Assembly (NCBI RefSeq): GCF_029227855.1
Contig: NZ_CP074356.1
Direction: 5' to 3' (one strand)
Source: Escherichia coli
GTDB taxonomy: Bacteria > Pseudomonadota > Gammaproteobacteria > Enterobacterales > Enterobacteriaceae
Length of the DNA: 64,000 nt
Made by a program: the position numbers and the translations under genes. Every line of letters begins with the position of its first letter. Within the stretch, counting starts at the first letter, position 1. Positions 12,275-23,425 of the stretch are shown here, one piece after another. Below the pieces are notes generated by a model that saw only the letters and a program-made list of their open reading frames with translations, was not told the origin of the DNA and made no database searches.

Positions 12275-13378
12275 TTATTTGGTTAAATTGGGGCTGCCAC
12301 CACGATTTCTACGCAGTCTGCGTTTTACGCGCTTAATAAAGCGAGCAACTTTCCAGGCACGCTTAATGCAATATCCATAGAGGAAGAATGCTAGCAAAAA
12401 GAGCACCAGCATGACCCACTCCGGGACAAAATGAGAATATTCTGCCAGCACGCCAATGGAAGCGAGCAGTGCTGCGGCAAGGGTAATCAGCACAAACGCC
12501 TGACGGGAAGTAAACCCGGCACGCATGATCAAATGGTGAATATGCTGACGGTCAGGAGAGAATGGGCTCATGCCTTTACGCAGGCGACGGTACATAATCG
12601 CCACCATATCCATTAGCGGAATGGCGATTATCCACAAAGCGGTAACCGGGCTGATGGGATGGGTTTTGCCCTGGGTCGTTTCGAGCAGGATCCAGATAAC
12701 GGTAAAACCAATCAGCGTACTGCCCGCATCACCCATAAAGACTTTGTAGCGGCGACCCAGGATACCAAGGTTAAGCATGATGTATGGCAGGATGGCGGCG
12801 ATCATCGCAAAGCACCAGATTGCGAGGCTGGTTTGCCCGTCGAACCACAAAATCATACCGATTGCTGCAAACGAGACGCAGGACAACCCGCCCAGCAAGC
12901 CATCAATGCCATCAACCATGTTGAACGCATTAATGGCCGCCCAGACGGCAAATAGCGTCAGGAAGTAACCAAACGGTCCGAGCACCATCTCCCAGGAGCC
13001 AAAGATATAACCCAGGCTACTGAGATAAAGTTTGCCGAACACCATCATAACAATGCCAACAGCGGCCTGTATGGTGGCACGGATTTTTACGCTGATATCA
13101 AAACGGTCATCCAGCGCGCCAATGAAAACAAGCACACCGGCACAAGCGAGATAGAGAGATGCATGCGGAATATAGTAATCGACAATTCCGAACGTGAAGC
13201 AAATCCCTGCGTAAACCGAAATCCCCCCAACGAGAGGTATCAATCCCTGGTGACGTTTGCGGAAGTTTGGTTTATCCACTAAACCGACTTTTTTTGCCAC
13301 TTTACGGGCAAAAAACAGAAACAGTGTCGTGAATAAAAAAATACTGATGAGATCAGTACTCACTGTCAGTAAATTCAC
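12275..13378 (-). CDS. wecA: UDP-GlcNAc:undecaprenyl-phosphate GlcNAc-1-phosphate transferase
   Basis: 367-aa polytopic ORF recognised as WecA/Rfe; GTG start (cac at 13376-13378). Confidence 0.93.
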   Translation of the reverse strand: MNLLTVSTDLISIFLFTTLFLFFARKVAKKVGLVDKPNFRKRHQGLIPLVGGISVYAGICFTFGIVDYYIPHASLYLACAGVLVFIGALDDRFDISVKIRATIQAAVGIVMMVFGKLYLSSLGYIFGSWEMVLGPFGYFLTLFAVWAAINAFNMVDGIDGLLGGLSCVSFAAIGMILWFDGQTSLAIWCFAMIAAILPYIMLNLGILGRRYKVFMGDAGSTLIGFTVIWILLETTQGKTHPISPVTALWIIAIPLMDMVAIMYRRLRKGMSPFSPDRQHIHHLIMRAGFTSRQAFVLITLAAALLASIGVLAEYSHFVPEWVMLVLFLLAFFLYGYCIKRAWKVARFIKRVKRRLRRNRGGSPNLTK

Positions 13379-13567
13379 AATGCATGCTCTCAGAGAAAAT
13401 TATTAGCAGAAGTATAACCACGAAGACCTTTATTCAGAAGGGAAAGTCCGTTCCGAACCCACCAGTCCTGTGCAAAAATTAACCATTTGATATGCAAATT
13501 GCATAACATGCCAGCAAATTCCAGGAATTTTCCTAACATCGCCAGCGCGGCATTAAGATTACAGATA

Positions 13568-13603
13568 TAAAAGCAAAACGCCACGTAAACACGTGGCGTT
13601 TTT
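13568..13603 (-). terminator. Rho-independent terminator downstream of rho
   Basis: Perfect 10-bp stem aacgccacgt/acgtggcgtt (13577-13600) with a 4-nt loop, T-rich tract following on the minus strand. Confidence 0.7.
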
Positions 13604-13617
13604 GGCATAAGACAAAT

Positions 13618-14877
13618 TTATGAGCGTTTCATCATTTCGAAGAAATCGTCATTGGTCTTAGTCATGGCCAGTTTATTAATGAGGAATTCCATTGCATCGA
13701 TTTCGCCCATCGGGTGAATGATTTTGCGCAGGATCCACATTTTCTGCAGTTCTTCCTGAGTCGTGAGCAGCTCTTCTTTACGGGTACCGGAACGGTTGTA
13801 GTCGATAGCCGGGAAGACGCGTTTTTCAGCGATCTTACGAGAGAGGTGCAGTTCCATGTTGCCTGTACCTTTAAACTCTTCGTAAATAACTTCGTCCATT
13901 TTAGAACCGGTATCGATAAGCGCCGTCGCGATAATGGTCAGGCTGCCGCCCTCTTCCACGTTACGCGCCGCACCGAAGAAGCGTTTCGGACGATGAAGGG
14001 CATTGGCGTCCACACCACCGGTCAACACTTTACCTGACGCCGGAACAACAGTGTTGTAAGCGCGCGCAAGACGAGTGATGGAGTCGAGCAGAATGATAAC
14101 GTCTTTCTTGTGCTCAACCAGGCGTTTGGCCTTCTCGATCACCATTTCCGCAACCTGAACGTGGCGAGATGCGGGTTCGTCAAAGGTAGAAGCAACAACT
14201 TCACCTTTTACCAGACGCTGCATCTCGGTTACTTCTTCCGGACGTTCGTCGATCAGCAGAACCATCAGCACACAATCCGGGTGGTTGTAAGCAATGCTCT
14301 GAGCAATGTTCTGCAGCAGCATAGTTTTACCGGCTTTCGGCGGTGCCACAATCAGACCACGCTGACCACGACCGATAGGTGATGCCAGATCCAGTACGCG
14401 AGCGGTTAAATCTTCAGTAGAACCGTTACCACGTTCCATACGCAGACGAGAGTTTGCGTGCAGCGGGGTTAAGTTCTCAAAGAGGATTTTGTTGCGGGCG
14501 TTTTCAGGTTTGTCGAAGTTAACTTCGTTAACTTTCAGCAGCGCAAAATAGCGTTCACCTTCTTTCGGCGGGCGAATCTTACCAGAGATGGTATCACCAG
14601 TGCGGAGGTTGAAACGGCGGATTTGGCTAGGGGAAACGTAGATGTCATCAGGACCGGCGAGGTAGGAGCTGTCTGCGGAACGGAGGAAACCAAATCCATC
14701 CTGCAATATCTCCAGTACGCCATCACCAAAGATATCTTCGCCACTCTTTGCGTGCTGCTTCAGGATGGCAAAAATAATGTCCTGCTTACGCATACGAGCC
14801 AGGTTTTCCAGCCCCATATTTTCGCCGAGAGTGATCAGCTCAGAAACCGGCGTATTCTTTAATTCGGTAAGATTCAT
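13618..14877 (-). CDS. rho: Transcription termination factor Rho
   Basis: Translation from ATG at 14875-14877 gives [47 protein letters not shown] (419 aa), recognised as Rho; the ORF track extends 24 codons further upstream. Confidence 0.97.
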
Positions 14878-14961
14878 AGTGGTGTGAGTTCTTAAACTTG
14901 GGGTAAATCTCGAACTTAATGTTGTGAATGGTATGGCAGGATCATCCATGCCTGTTTACGG

Positions 14962-15063
14962 TCATCGACTCATGTCTTTTCGCTGCCTGGTCACAGGAGA
15001 GTACGCAGAACTGAAACGACAAGACGGATTGAGTGACGAGCCAGAAATCTGTTCACTTCGCAT
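14962..15063 (-). CDS. rhoL: rho operon leader peptide
   Basis: 33-codon ORF MRSEQISGSSLNPSCRFSSAYSPVTRQRKDMSR read directly from the reverse strand, immediately upstream of rho. Confidence 0.8.
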   Translation of the reverse strand: MRSEQISGSSLNPSCRFSSAYSPVTRQRKDMSR

Positions 15064-15203
15064 TTAAGATAAAACGGGAAGCGTTGGAAATTACAAGATT
15101 CAAACTTAATAAGGTATGTTTAATACGAAGTCAACACTAAGTTAGCATGACTCACGCCGGGCGTCCAGTTTTTAGCGACGGGGCACCCGAACATGAAATT
15201 CCC

Positions 15204-15533
15204 TTACGCCAGGTTAGCGTCGAGGAACTCTTTCAACTGACCTTTAGACAGTGCACCCACTTTGGTTGCCGCCACTTCACCGTTTTTGAACAGCAGCAGA
15301 GTCGGGATACCACGGATGCCATATTTCGGCGCAGTGCCAGGGTTTTGATCGATGTTCAGTTTTGCAACGGTCAGTTTGCCCTGATATTCGTCAGCGATTT
15401 CATCCAGAATCGGGGCGATCATTTTGCACGGACCGCACCACTCTGCCCAGAAATCGACGAGGATCGCCCCGTCCGCTTTGAGTACATCCGTGTCAAAACT
15501 GTCGTCAGTCAGGTGAATAATTTTATCGCTCAT
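15204..15533 (-). CDS. trxA: Thioredoxin 1
   Basis: Translation from ATG 15531-15533: [41 protein letters not shown], with the WCGPC active-site motif (109 aa). Confidence 0.97.
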
Positions 15534-15663
15534 ATATAACTCCACAGGAATAAGCCTGGCGTGTTGGTTTCGTTGTTGGTGTAACATTAACCAACTAAAG
15601 GTTGACTTTATTTCACCGGATACGCTTTCGTAAAGCAATAGTAAGCTGATATTCTACCACACT

Positions 15664-16929
15664 ATGAGCAAAACACATTTAACAGAACAGAAGTTTTCCG
15701 ACTTCGCCCTGCATCCGAAGGTTGTAGAAGCCCTTGAAAAAAAAGGGTTTCATAACTGTACGCCCATTCAGGCACTGGCCCTTCCGCTGACGCTGGCGGG
15801 TCGTGACGTAGCCGGGCAGGCGCAAACCGGTACCGGGAAAACGATGGCGTTTCTTACGTCAACGTTTCATTATCTTCTCTCTCATCCTGCGATTGCCGAT
15901 CGCAAGGTGAATCAACCACGTGCCTTAATTATGGCACCGACGCGTGAACTTGCCGTGCAGATCCATGCCGACGCAGAACCGCTGGCGGAAGCTACCGGCC
16001 TGAAGCTGGGTCTGGCTTACGGTGGTGATGGCTACGACAAACAGCTGAAAGTGCTGGAAAGCGGCGTTGACATTCTGATTGGCACTACGGGGCGTTTAAT
16101 TGACTACGCCAAGCAGAACCACATTAACCTCGGTGCCATTCAGGTGGTGGTACTGGACGAAGCCGATCGCATGTACGATCTGGGCTTTATTAAAGATATC
16201 CGCTGGCTGTTCCGCCGTATGCCGCCTGCAAACCAGCGCCTCAACATGCTGTTCTCCGCCACGCTTTCGTACCGGGTACGTGAACTGGCGTTCGAGCAGA
16301 TGAACAATGCCGAATATATTGAAGTGGAACCGGAACAGAAAACGGGCCACCGTATTAAAGAAGAGCTTTTCTACCCTTCTAACGAAGAAAAAATGCGTTT
16401 GCTGCAAACGCTGATCGAAGAAGAGTGGCCAGACAGAGCGATTATTTTCGCCAATACCAAACACCGTTGTGAAGAGATCTGGGGCCACCTGGCGGCAGAT
16501 GGTCATCGTGTCGGTTTGTTGACAGGCGATGTCGCGCAGAAAAAACGTCTGCGTATTCTTGATGAATTTACCCGTGGCGATCTGGATATTCTGGTTGCCA
16601 CCGACGTTGCCGCGCGTGGTTTGCATATTCCGGCAGTGACGCACGTCTTTAACTACGATTTACCCGATGACTGTGAAGATTACGTTCACCGTATTGGTCG
16701 TACAGGTCGCGCAGGCGCAAGCGGTCACTCTATTAGCCTGGCGTGTGAAGAGTATGCATTGAATTTGCCTGCTATTGAGACCTATATTGGTCACTCAATT
16801 CCGGTAAGCAAATACAATCCGGACGCATTGATGACCGATCTGCCAAAACCGCTGCGCCTCACGCGCCCACGTACAGGCAATGGTCCGCGTCGTACTGGCG
16901 CTCCGCGTAATCGTCGTCGTTCAGGTTAA
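15664..16929 (+). CDS. rhlB: ATP-dependent RNA helicase RhlB (DEAD-box)
   Basis: 421-aa ORF with DEAD-box motifs ([12 protein letters not shown] as [19 protein letters not shown]) and a C-terminal Arg-rich tail. Confidence 0.96.
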
Positions 16930-17062
16930 ATAAAATGTCATACTCAAAATCATTCAAACTGTATCAAGATGGCAAGAGAATGAGTCCCGATGAGCGTACT
17001 GTAGTAAGTGATTCGGGTGAAAGAATGCAGCCAACACAGAGACAGATTGAAGGATGAAGAGT

Positions 17063-18547
17063 ATGGGTTCCACCTCGTCGCTGTATGCAGCCATTGATCT
17101 CGGTTCGAATAGTTTTCATATGCTGGTTGTGCGCGAGGTGGCTGGAAGCATCCAGACGCTGACGCGAATTAAACGCAAAGTGCGTCTGGCTGCTGGCCTG
17201 AATAGCGAAAATGCCCTCTCTAATGAAGCAATGGAGCGCGGTTGGCAATGTCTGCGCCTGTTTGCTGAACGTCTGCAAGATATTCCTCCCTCGCAAATTC
17301 GCGTTGTCGCTACGGCGACATTACGACTTGCCGTCAATGCGGGTGATTTTATTGCCAAAGCGCAGGAAATCCTCGGTTGTCCGGTACAGGTGATCAGCGG
17401 TGAAGAGGAAGCACGTCTGATTTATCAGGGCGTTGCTCACACCACTGGTGGTGCCGATCAGCGCCTGGTGGTGGATATAGGCGGAGCCAGTACTGAACTG
17501 GTAACCGGCACGGGTGCACAAACCACCTCGTTGTTCAGCCTGTCGATGGGCTGCGTCACCTGGCTGGAACGCTATTTTGCCGATCGTAATCTGGGGCAGG
17601 AAAATTTTGATGCTGCAGAAAAAGCGGCACGCGAAGTGTTACGTCCGGTTGCCGATGAATTACGGTATCACGGCTGGAAAGTGTGCGTTGGCGCTTCCGG
17701 CACCGTGCAGGCGTTACAGGAAATCATGATGGCACAGGGAATGGATGAACGCATTACCCTGGAAAAGTTGCAGCAACTGAAACAGCGCGCCATTCATTGC
17801 GGTCGGCTGGAAGAGCTGGAGATTGACGGGCTGACGCTGGAACGTGCGTTAGTGTTCCCGAGTGGTCTGGCGATCCTGATCGCCATTTTTACCGAACTGA
17901 ATATTCAGTGTATGACCCTGGCGGGCGGTGCGCTGCGTGAAGGCCTGGTCTACGGCATGTTGCATCTGGCCGTCGAGCAGGATATTCGCAGCCGTACGCT
18001 GCGTAATATTCAGCGCCGCTTTATGATCGATATTGATCAGGCGCAGCGCGTAGCCAAAGTTGCAGCTAACTTCTTCGATCAGGTGGAAAATGAATGGCAT
18101 CTTGAAGCAATAAGCCGCGATTTGCTCATCAGCGCTTGTCAGCTTCATGAAATCGGCCTGAGCGTTGACTTCAAACAAGCGCCGCAACACGCTGCTTATC
18201 TGGTGCGTAACCTGGATCTTCCCGGTTTTACCCCCGCACAGAAGAAACTGCTGGCGACGCTACTGCTCAACCAGACTAACCCGGTCGATCTCTCATCGCT
18301 GCATCAGCAAAATGCCGTACCACCGCGCGTCGCAGAACAACTCTGCCGTTTACTACGCCTGGCTATCATTTTTGCCAGCCGTCGCCGTGACGATCTCGTG
18401 CCAGAGATGACATTACAGGCTAACCATGAACTGTTGACCTTGACGCTTCCGCAAGGTTGGCTAACCCAACATCCGCTGGGTAAAGAGATTATTGCTCAGG
18501 AAAGCCAGTGGCAGAGCTATGTCCACTGGCCGCTGGAAGTGCATTAA
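17063..18547 (+). CDS. gppA: Guanosine pentaphosphate phosphohydrolase
   Basis: ORF recognised as GppA (Ppx/GppA family); I chose the ATG at 17063 ([20 protein letters not shown], 494 aa) over the ATG at 17054. Confidence 0.92.
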   Translation: MGSTSSLYAAIDLGSNSFHMLVVREVAGSIQTLTRIKRKVRLAAGLNSENALSNEAMERGWQCLRLFAERLQDIPPSQIRVVATATLRLAVNAGDFIAKAQEILGCPVQVISGEEEARLIYQGVAHTTGGADQRLVVDIGGASTELVTGTGAQTTSLFSLSMGCVTWLERYFADRNLGQENFDAAEKAAREVLRPVADELRYHGWKVCVGASGTVQALQEIMMAQGMDERITLEKLQQLKQRAIHCGRLEELEIDGLTLERALVFPSGLAILIAIFTELNIQCMTLAGGALREGLVYGMLHLAVEQDIRSRTLRNIQRRFMIDIDQAQRVAKVAANFFDQVENEWHLEAISRDLLISACQLHEIGLSVDFKQAPQHAAYLVRNLDLPGFTPAQKKLLATLLLNQTNPVDLSSLHQQNAVPPRVAEQLCRLLRLAIIFASRRRDDLVPEMTLQANHELLTLTLPQGWLTQHPLGKEIIAQESQWQSYVHWPLEVH

Positions 18548-18556
18548 TGAGTAAGT

Positions 18557-18588
18557 GCCGGATGCGATGCTGACGCATCTTTTCCGGC
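18557..18588. repeat. REP-like palindromic element / bidirectional terminator between convergent gppA and rep
   Basis: Nested inverted repeats gccgg...ccggc and gatgcg...cgcatc in tgccggatgcgatgctgacgcatcttttccggcc; the tgccggatgcg motif is REP-like. Confidence 0.5.
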
Positions 18589-18593
18589 CTTGA

Positions 18594-20615
18594 TTATTTC
18601 CCTCGTTTTGCCGCCATCATCGCTTTCAAATTCGCCAGATGGCTTTGCCCTTTCTGCATCCGTTCTTCGGCGCTGACCACTTTGCGCTCCTGTTCCCAAA
18701 TCAGATCATCCTGCGGCAGCTCCAGCAAAAAGCGGCTCGGCTCCGGGCGCACCAGTTCGCCATACTGACGGCGTTCTTTACACAGCGTAAAGGTCAATTC
18801 CTTCTGGGCGCGGGTAATGCCGACATAGGCCAGCCGCCGCTCCTCATCGATATTATCTTCATCGATGCTGCTCTGGTGCGGCAAAAACCCTTCTTCCATA
18901 CCGACCATGTAGACATAAGGAAACTCCAGCCCTTTCGACGCGTGGAGAGTCATCAGTTGCACCTGATCCAGCTCTTCTTCACTCTCACCACGCTCCATCA
19001 TGTCGCGCAAAGTAAAGCGCGTCACCACCTGGGTGAGCGTCATCGGCTCATCCAGTTCGCTGCCTTCCAGCATCTCCGTCATCCAGCTAAACAGTTGGTT
19101 GACGTTCTTCATGCGCATTTCGGCGGCTTTCGGGCTGGGCGATGTTTCGTACAGCCAGGATTCATAATCCATGCCGTGGATCAGATCGCGCACCGCAGCA
19201 ATCGGCTCCCGCTCCGCCAGGCGCTGGATTTCTGCCAACCAGTGAGTGAAGCGGGTCAATGCTTCATAACCACGTCCGCTAAGGGTCTGACTCAGGCCCA
19301 TATCAAAGCTGGCGGTAAACATGCTTTTATTGCGCGTCATCGCCCACTCACCCAGCTTTTTCAGCGTCGCCGGGCCAATCTCTCGCTTCGGCGTGTTAAC
19401 GATACGCAGAAATGCGCTGTCATCGTCCGGGTTAGTCAGCACACGCAGATAAGCCAGCAAATCCTTGATTTCAGGACGAGAGAAAAACGACGTACCACCA
19501 GAAATTTTGTACGGGATGCGGTTTTGCATCAGGAATTTTTCAAATACCCGCGACTGATGGTTGCCGCGATAAAGAATGGCGTAATCTTTGTACTGCGTTT
19601 TATTGACGAAGTGATGCGCAATCAGTTCACCGGTGACGCGCTCGGCTTCATGTTCCTCGTTATTCGCGCTTAAAACTTTTAGCTCTGTGCCATAACCCAG
19701 TTCGGAGAACAGACGCTTTTCAAAGACGTGCGGATTATTGGCGATCAGGATGTTCGCCGCTTTCAAAATACGTCCGGAAGAGCGGTAGTTTTGCTCAAGC
19801 TTAATCACCTTCAGCGCCGGAAAATCCTGGCTCAACAGCACCAGGTTTTGCGGACGTGCGCCGCGCCAGGAGTAGATCGACTGGTCGTCATCGCCAACTA
19901 CGGTAAAGCGCGCGCGGCTGCCCACCAGCAGTTTCACCAGTTCATACTGGCTGGTGTTGGTGTCCTGATACTCATCCACCAGCAGGTAGCGAATTTTGTT
20001 CTGCCAGCGCTCGCGGACTTCTTCATTGCGTTGCAGCAGCAACGTCGGCAATAAAATCAGATCATCGAAGTCGAGAACGTTACAGGCTTTCAGGTGTGCA
20101 TCATACAGCCCATAACAATGGGCAAAAATACGATCCCGCTCGCCCTTTGCCTCTGCCGCCGCCTGCGCCGGAGTTTTGAGATCGTTCTTCCAGTTGGAGA
20201 TGGTCGAAATTAGCTGTTGCAGGAGAACTTTGTCATCTTCAATCAGCCCCTCAGTCAGCTCTTTGAGCAACGCCAGCTGATCGGTATCGTCAAACAATGA
20301 GAAGTTCGCTTTCATCCCAAGCGCCGCATACTCACGCTTGATGATATCCAGCCCCAGCGTGTGGAAGGTGGAGATCATCAGCCCTCGCGCCTCTTTGCGA
20401 CCCAGCGTCTGCCCGACTCGCTCTTTCATCTCGCGCGCCGCCTTATTGGTAAAGGTCACCGCCGCGATATGTCGTGCCTGATAACCGCAACCGCGGATCA
20501 GATGGGCGATTTTATTGGTGATAACACGAGTTTTACCGGAACCCGCGCCCGCCAGCACCAGGCAGGGGCCGGTAACGAATTCGACAGCTTGTTGTTGGCC
20601 GGGGTTTAGACGCAT
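18594..20615 (-). CDS. rep: ATP-dependent DNA helicase Rep (SF1)
   Basis: Translation from ATG 20613-20615: [39 protein letters not shown] (673 aa), recognised as Rep. Confidence 0.96.
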   Translation of the reverse strand: MRLNPGQQQAVEFVTGPCLVLAGAGSGKTRVITNKIAHLIRGCGYQARHIAAVTFTNKAAREMKERVGQTLGRKEARGLMISTFHTLGLDIIKREYAALGMKANFSLFDDTDQLALLKELTEGLIEDDKVLLQQLISTISNWKNDLKTPAQAAAEAKGERDRIFAHCYGLYDAHLKACNVLDFDDLILLPTLLLQRNEEVRERWQNKIRYLLVDEYQDTNTSQYELVKLLVGSRARFTVVGDDDQSIYSWRGARPQNLVLLSQDFPALKVIKLEQNYRSSGRILKAANILIANNPHVFEKRLFSELGYGTELKVLSANNEEHEAERVTGELIAHHFVNKTQYKDYAILYRGNHQSRVFEKFLMQNRIPYKISGGTSFFSRPEIKDLLAYLRVLTNPDDDSAFLRIVNTPKREIGPATLKKLGEWAMTRNKSMFTASFDMGLSQTLSGRGYEALTRFTHWLAEIQRLAEREPIAAVRDLIHGMDYESWLYETSPSPKAAEMRMKNVNQLFSWMTEMLEGSELDEPMTLTQVVTRFTLRDMMERGESEEELDQVQLMTLHASKGLEFPYVYMVGMEEGFLPHQSSIDEDNIDEERRLAYVGITRAQKELTFTLCKERRQYGELVRPEPSRFLLELPQDDLIWEQERKVVSAEERMQKGQSHLANLKAMMAAKRGK

Positions 20616-20831
20616 AGGTGTATTGCTCAATCTTCGAACGGGGGGAGGATTGTAGCAGAATCGCATTTGAATGTGACCGAGTGAAAACCGCTAACCGGAT
20701 GGCTGCGGATGTTTAAATCAGAGAGGGAAGGCCGAAACCGGAGTTCATCATGAATCCATTAGACTTAGAAAATATCGGGTCGTAACGTTGTGTTATTACT
20801 TTTTCAGAGTTTACTAAGGAGAGGTTTACTC

Positions 20832-21275
20832 GTGGCGATTAATTTCAGCCCCAAGGTTGGTGAAATACTGGAATGCAACTTTGGTAACTATCCTGTTAGC
20901 CAGAATGGACAGATCAGTACGGCGTATTACGATGGCCGCATTCCACCTGAGATGATAAAAAATAGGTTGGTTGTCGTGCTCAACGGAAAAATTAATGGCA
21001 ACGCATGTATCGTCGTTCCATTATCAACCACTCGCGACCATGACAAGTTAAATCGTGGAATGCATGTTGAAATAGCCAGTAATGTTATCAATGACCTGCA
21101 ATTCTTTGATCAGCAGATACGTTGGGCTAAAGCCGACCTGGTACAACAAGTCAGTCGAAACCGATTAAACAGAGCAAGGACTTATCGGGGTATCTTAATC
21201 AATGTTTGCCACATGAGTTGGTTGCAGACATACAGAGGGCAGTCATCAAGTCAATCAATGCCATATCGCTCATAA
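20832..21275 (+). CDS. yifN: MazF/PemK-fold (toxin-like) protein; position corresponds to yifN
   Basis: 147-codon ORF from GTG 20832 preceded by SD aaggagag (20816-20823); contains GEILECNF...NRLVVVLN...CIVVPLSTT, resembling MazF/PemK motifs; start and intactness uncertain, and I recall this locus as a pseudogene in K-12. Confidence 0.55.
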   Translation: MAINFSPKVGEILECNFGNYPVSQNGQISTAYYDGRIPPEMIKNRLVVVLNGKINGNACIVVPLSTTRDHDKLNRGMHVEIASNVINDLQFFDQQIRWAKADLVQQVSRNRLNRARTYRGILINVCHMSWLQTYRGQSSSQSMPYRS

Positions 21276-21356
21276 ATTGACAATAAAATCACCATCCCCG
21301 ATAATGACTCTGTAGCCCATAGAGGCCCTAAGTTTTCTCCCCTTGAGGGACCTGCG

Positions 21357-21380
21357 AAGCCCGGATTTTCCGGGCTTTTG
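21357..21380 (+). terminator. Weak hairpin terminator downstream of the yifN-like ORF
   Basis: Stem aagcccgg/ccgggctt with a 5-nt loop, followed by tttt. Confidence 0.4.
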
Positions 21381-21408
21381 CCATATATGTCCCCCCCTCC
21401 CTGACTGA

Positions 21409-21714
<306 letters not shown>

Positions 21715-21718
21715 TAGC

Positions 21719-21743
21719 AAGGCCTTCTCCAGGAGAAGGCCTT
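21719..21743 (+). terminator. ppiC rho-independent terminator
   Basis: Hairpin aggccttctcc-agg-agaaggcct immediately after the ppiC stop, followed by a T-rich tract. Confidence 0.6.
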
Positions 21744-21752
21744 GAGTGTTTT

Positions 21753-21790
21753 CTCCCTCTCCCTGTGGGAGAGGGTCGGGGTGAGGGCAT
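21753..21790. repeat. GC-rich palindromic intergenic element between convergent ppiC and ilvC
   Basis: 9-bp inverted repeat ccctctccc-tgtg-ggagaggg followed by tcggggtgagggc; resembles a small E. coli intergenic repeat family (possibly box C-like, from memory). Confidence 0.4.
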
Positions 21791-21800
21791 CAGCGCGCAC

Positions 21801-23276
21801 TTAACCCGCAACAGCAATACGTTTCATATCTGTCATATAGCCGCGCAGTTTCTTACCTACCTGCTCAATCGCATGGCTGCGAATCGCTTCGTTCACATCA
21901 CGCAGTTGCGCGTTATCTACCGCGCCTTCCGGAATAGCTTTACCCAAGTCGCCCGGTTGCAGCTCTGCCATAAACGGTTTCAGCAACGGCACACAAGCGT
22001 AAGAGAACAGATAGTTACCGTACTCAGCGGTATCAGAGATAACCACGTTCATTTCGTACAGACGCTTACGGGCGATGGTGTTGGCAATCAGCGGCAGCTC
22101 GTGCAGTGATTCATAATATGCAGACTCTTCAATGATGCCGGAATCGACCATGGTTTCGAACGCCAGTTCAACGCCCGCTTTCACCATCGCGATCATCAGT
22201 ACGCCTTTATCGAAGTACTCCTGCTCGCCGATTTTGCCTTCATACTGCGGCGCGGTTTCAAACGCGGTTTTGCCGGTCTCTTCACGCCAGGTCAGCAGTT
22301 TCTTATCATCGTTGGCCCAGTCCGCCATCATACCGGAAGAGAATTCGCCGGAGATGATGTCGTCCATATGTTTCTGGAACAGCGGTGCCATGATCTCTTT
22401 CAGCTGTTCAGAAAGCGCATAAGCACGCAGTTTCGCCGGGTTAGAGAGACGGTCCATCATCAGGGTGATGCCGCCCTGCTTCAGCGCTTCGGTGATGGTT
22501 TCCCAACCGAACTGAATTAGTTTTTCTGCGTATGCCGGATCGGTGCCCTCTTCCACCAGCTTGTCGAAGCACAGCAGCGAGCCAGCCTGCAACATACCGC
22601 ACAGGATGGTTTGCTCACCCATCAGGTCAGATTTCACTTCCGCAACGAAGGACGATTCCAGCACGCCCGCACGGTGACCACCGGTTGCTGCCGCCCATGC
22701 TTTAGCGATCGCCATACCTTCGCCTTTCGGATCGTTTTCCGGGTGAACGGCAATCAGCGTCGGTACGCCGAATCCACGTTTGTACTCTTCACGCACTTCG
22801 GTGCCAGGGCATTTCGGCGCAACCATGACTACGGTGATATCTTTACGGATCTGCTCGCCCACTTCGACGATGTTGAAACCGTGCGAGTAACCCAGCGCCG
22901 CGCCGTCTTTCATCAGTGGCTGTACGGTGCGCACTACATCAGAGTGCTGCTTGTCCGGCGTCAGGTTAACCACCAGATCCGCCTGCGGGATCAGTTCTTC
23001 GTAAGTACCAACTTTAAAACCGTTTTCGGTCGCTTTACGCCAGGACGCGCGCTTCTCGGCAATCGCTTCTTTACGCAGAGCGTAGGAGATATCGAGACCA
23101 GAATCACGCATGTTCAGGCCCTGGTTCAGCCCCTGTGCGCCACAGCCGACGATAACCACTTTTTTATCCTGAAGGTAGCTCGCGCCGTCGGCGAATTCGT
23201 CGCGCCCCATAAAGCGACATTTGCCCAGCTGTGCCAGCTGCTGGCGCAGGTTCAGTGTATTGAAGTAGTTAGCCAT
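21801..23276 (-). CDS. ilvC: Ketol-acid reductoisomerase
   Basis: Translation from ATG 23274-23276: [35 protein letters not shown] (491 aa); the ORF track extends 50 codons upstream. Confidence 0.96.
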   Translation of the reverse strand: MANYFNTLNLRQQLAQLGKCRFMGRDEFADGASYLQDKKVVIVGCGAQGLNQGLNMRDSGLDISYALRKEAIAEKRASWRKATENGFKVGTYEELIPQADLVVNLTPDKQHSDVVRTVQPLMKDGAALGYSHGFNIVEVGEQIRKDITVVMVAPKCPGTEVREEYKRGFGVPTLIAVHPENDPKGEGMAIAKAWAAATGGHRAGVLESSFVAEVKSDLMGEQTILCGMLQAGSLLCFDKLVEEGTDPAYAEKLIQFGWETITEALKQGGITLMMDRLSNPAKLRAYALSEQLKEIMAPLFQKHMDDIISGEFSSGMMADWANDDKKLLTWREETGKTAFETAPQYEGKIGEQEYFDKGVLMIAMVKAGVELAFETMVDSGIIEESAYYESLHELPLIANTIARKRLYEMNVVISDTAEYGNYLFSYACVPLLKPFMAELQPGDLGKAIPEGAVDNAQLRDVNEAIRSHAIEQVGKKLRGYMTDMKRIAVAG

Positions 23277-23349
23277 GGTGATTCCTCGTGATGTTGTGCT
23301 TCTTATTGTTCGGTTCGCGTTTGCGAGATTGAATTCACTATATGACAGG

Positions 23350-23410
23350 AAATTTATTGCGGAAATTGATATATTCACAACGTCACATTGCAATTTTTGC
23401 AACGTCAACA
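23350..23410. promoter_or_regulatory. ilvY-ilvC divergent promoter/operator region (IlvY binding sites)
   Basis: 150-bp divergent intergenic region; dyad ttgcaa-ttttt-gcaa at about 23388-23403, consistent with a LysR-type T-N11-A site. Confidence 0.5.
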
Positions 23411-23425
23411 TCGAGGGCTGCGCCA

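Noticed and set aside
13390-13608. 72-aa minus-strand ORF in the rho-wecA intergenic region
   Set aside because: Lies in the promoter and terminator region between rho and wecA, overlaps the rho terminator hairpin, has no SD, and I do not recognise the translation; more likely non-coding regulatory DNA.
15534-15663. Possible small ORF or sRNA in the trxA-rhlB divergent intergenic region
   Set aside because: The 130-bp region is the size expected for two divergent promoters; no ORF with an SD or terminator-like structure was evident.
16964-17296. 110-aa minus-strand ORF spanning the gppA start region
   Set aside because: Antisense to the gppA 5' end and upstream region; no supporting signals.
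18639-19673. 344-aa plus-strand ORF antisense to rep
   Set aside because: Fully antisense to rep; translation is Arg/His/Gln-rich with no recognisable motifs; typical shadow ORF.
22611-23291. 226-aa plus-strand ORF antisense to ilvC
   Set aside because: Shadow ORF within ilvC; no independent signals.
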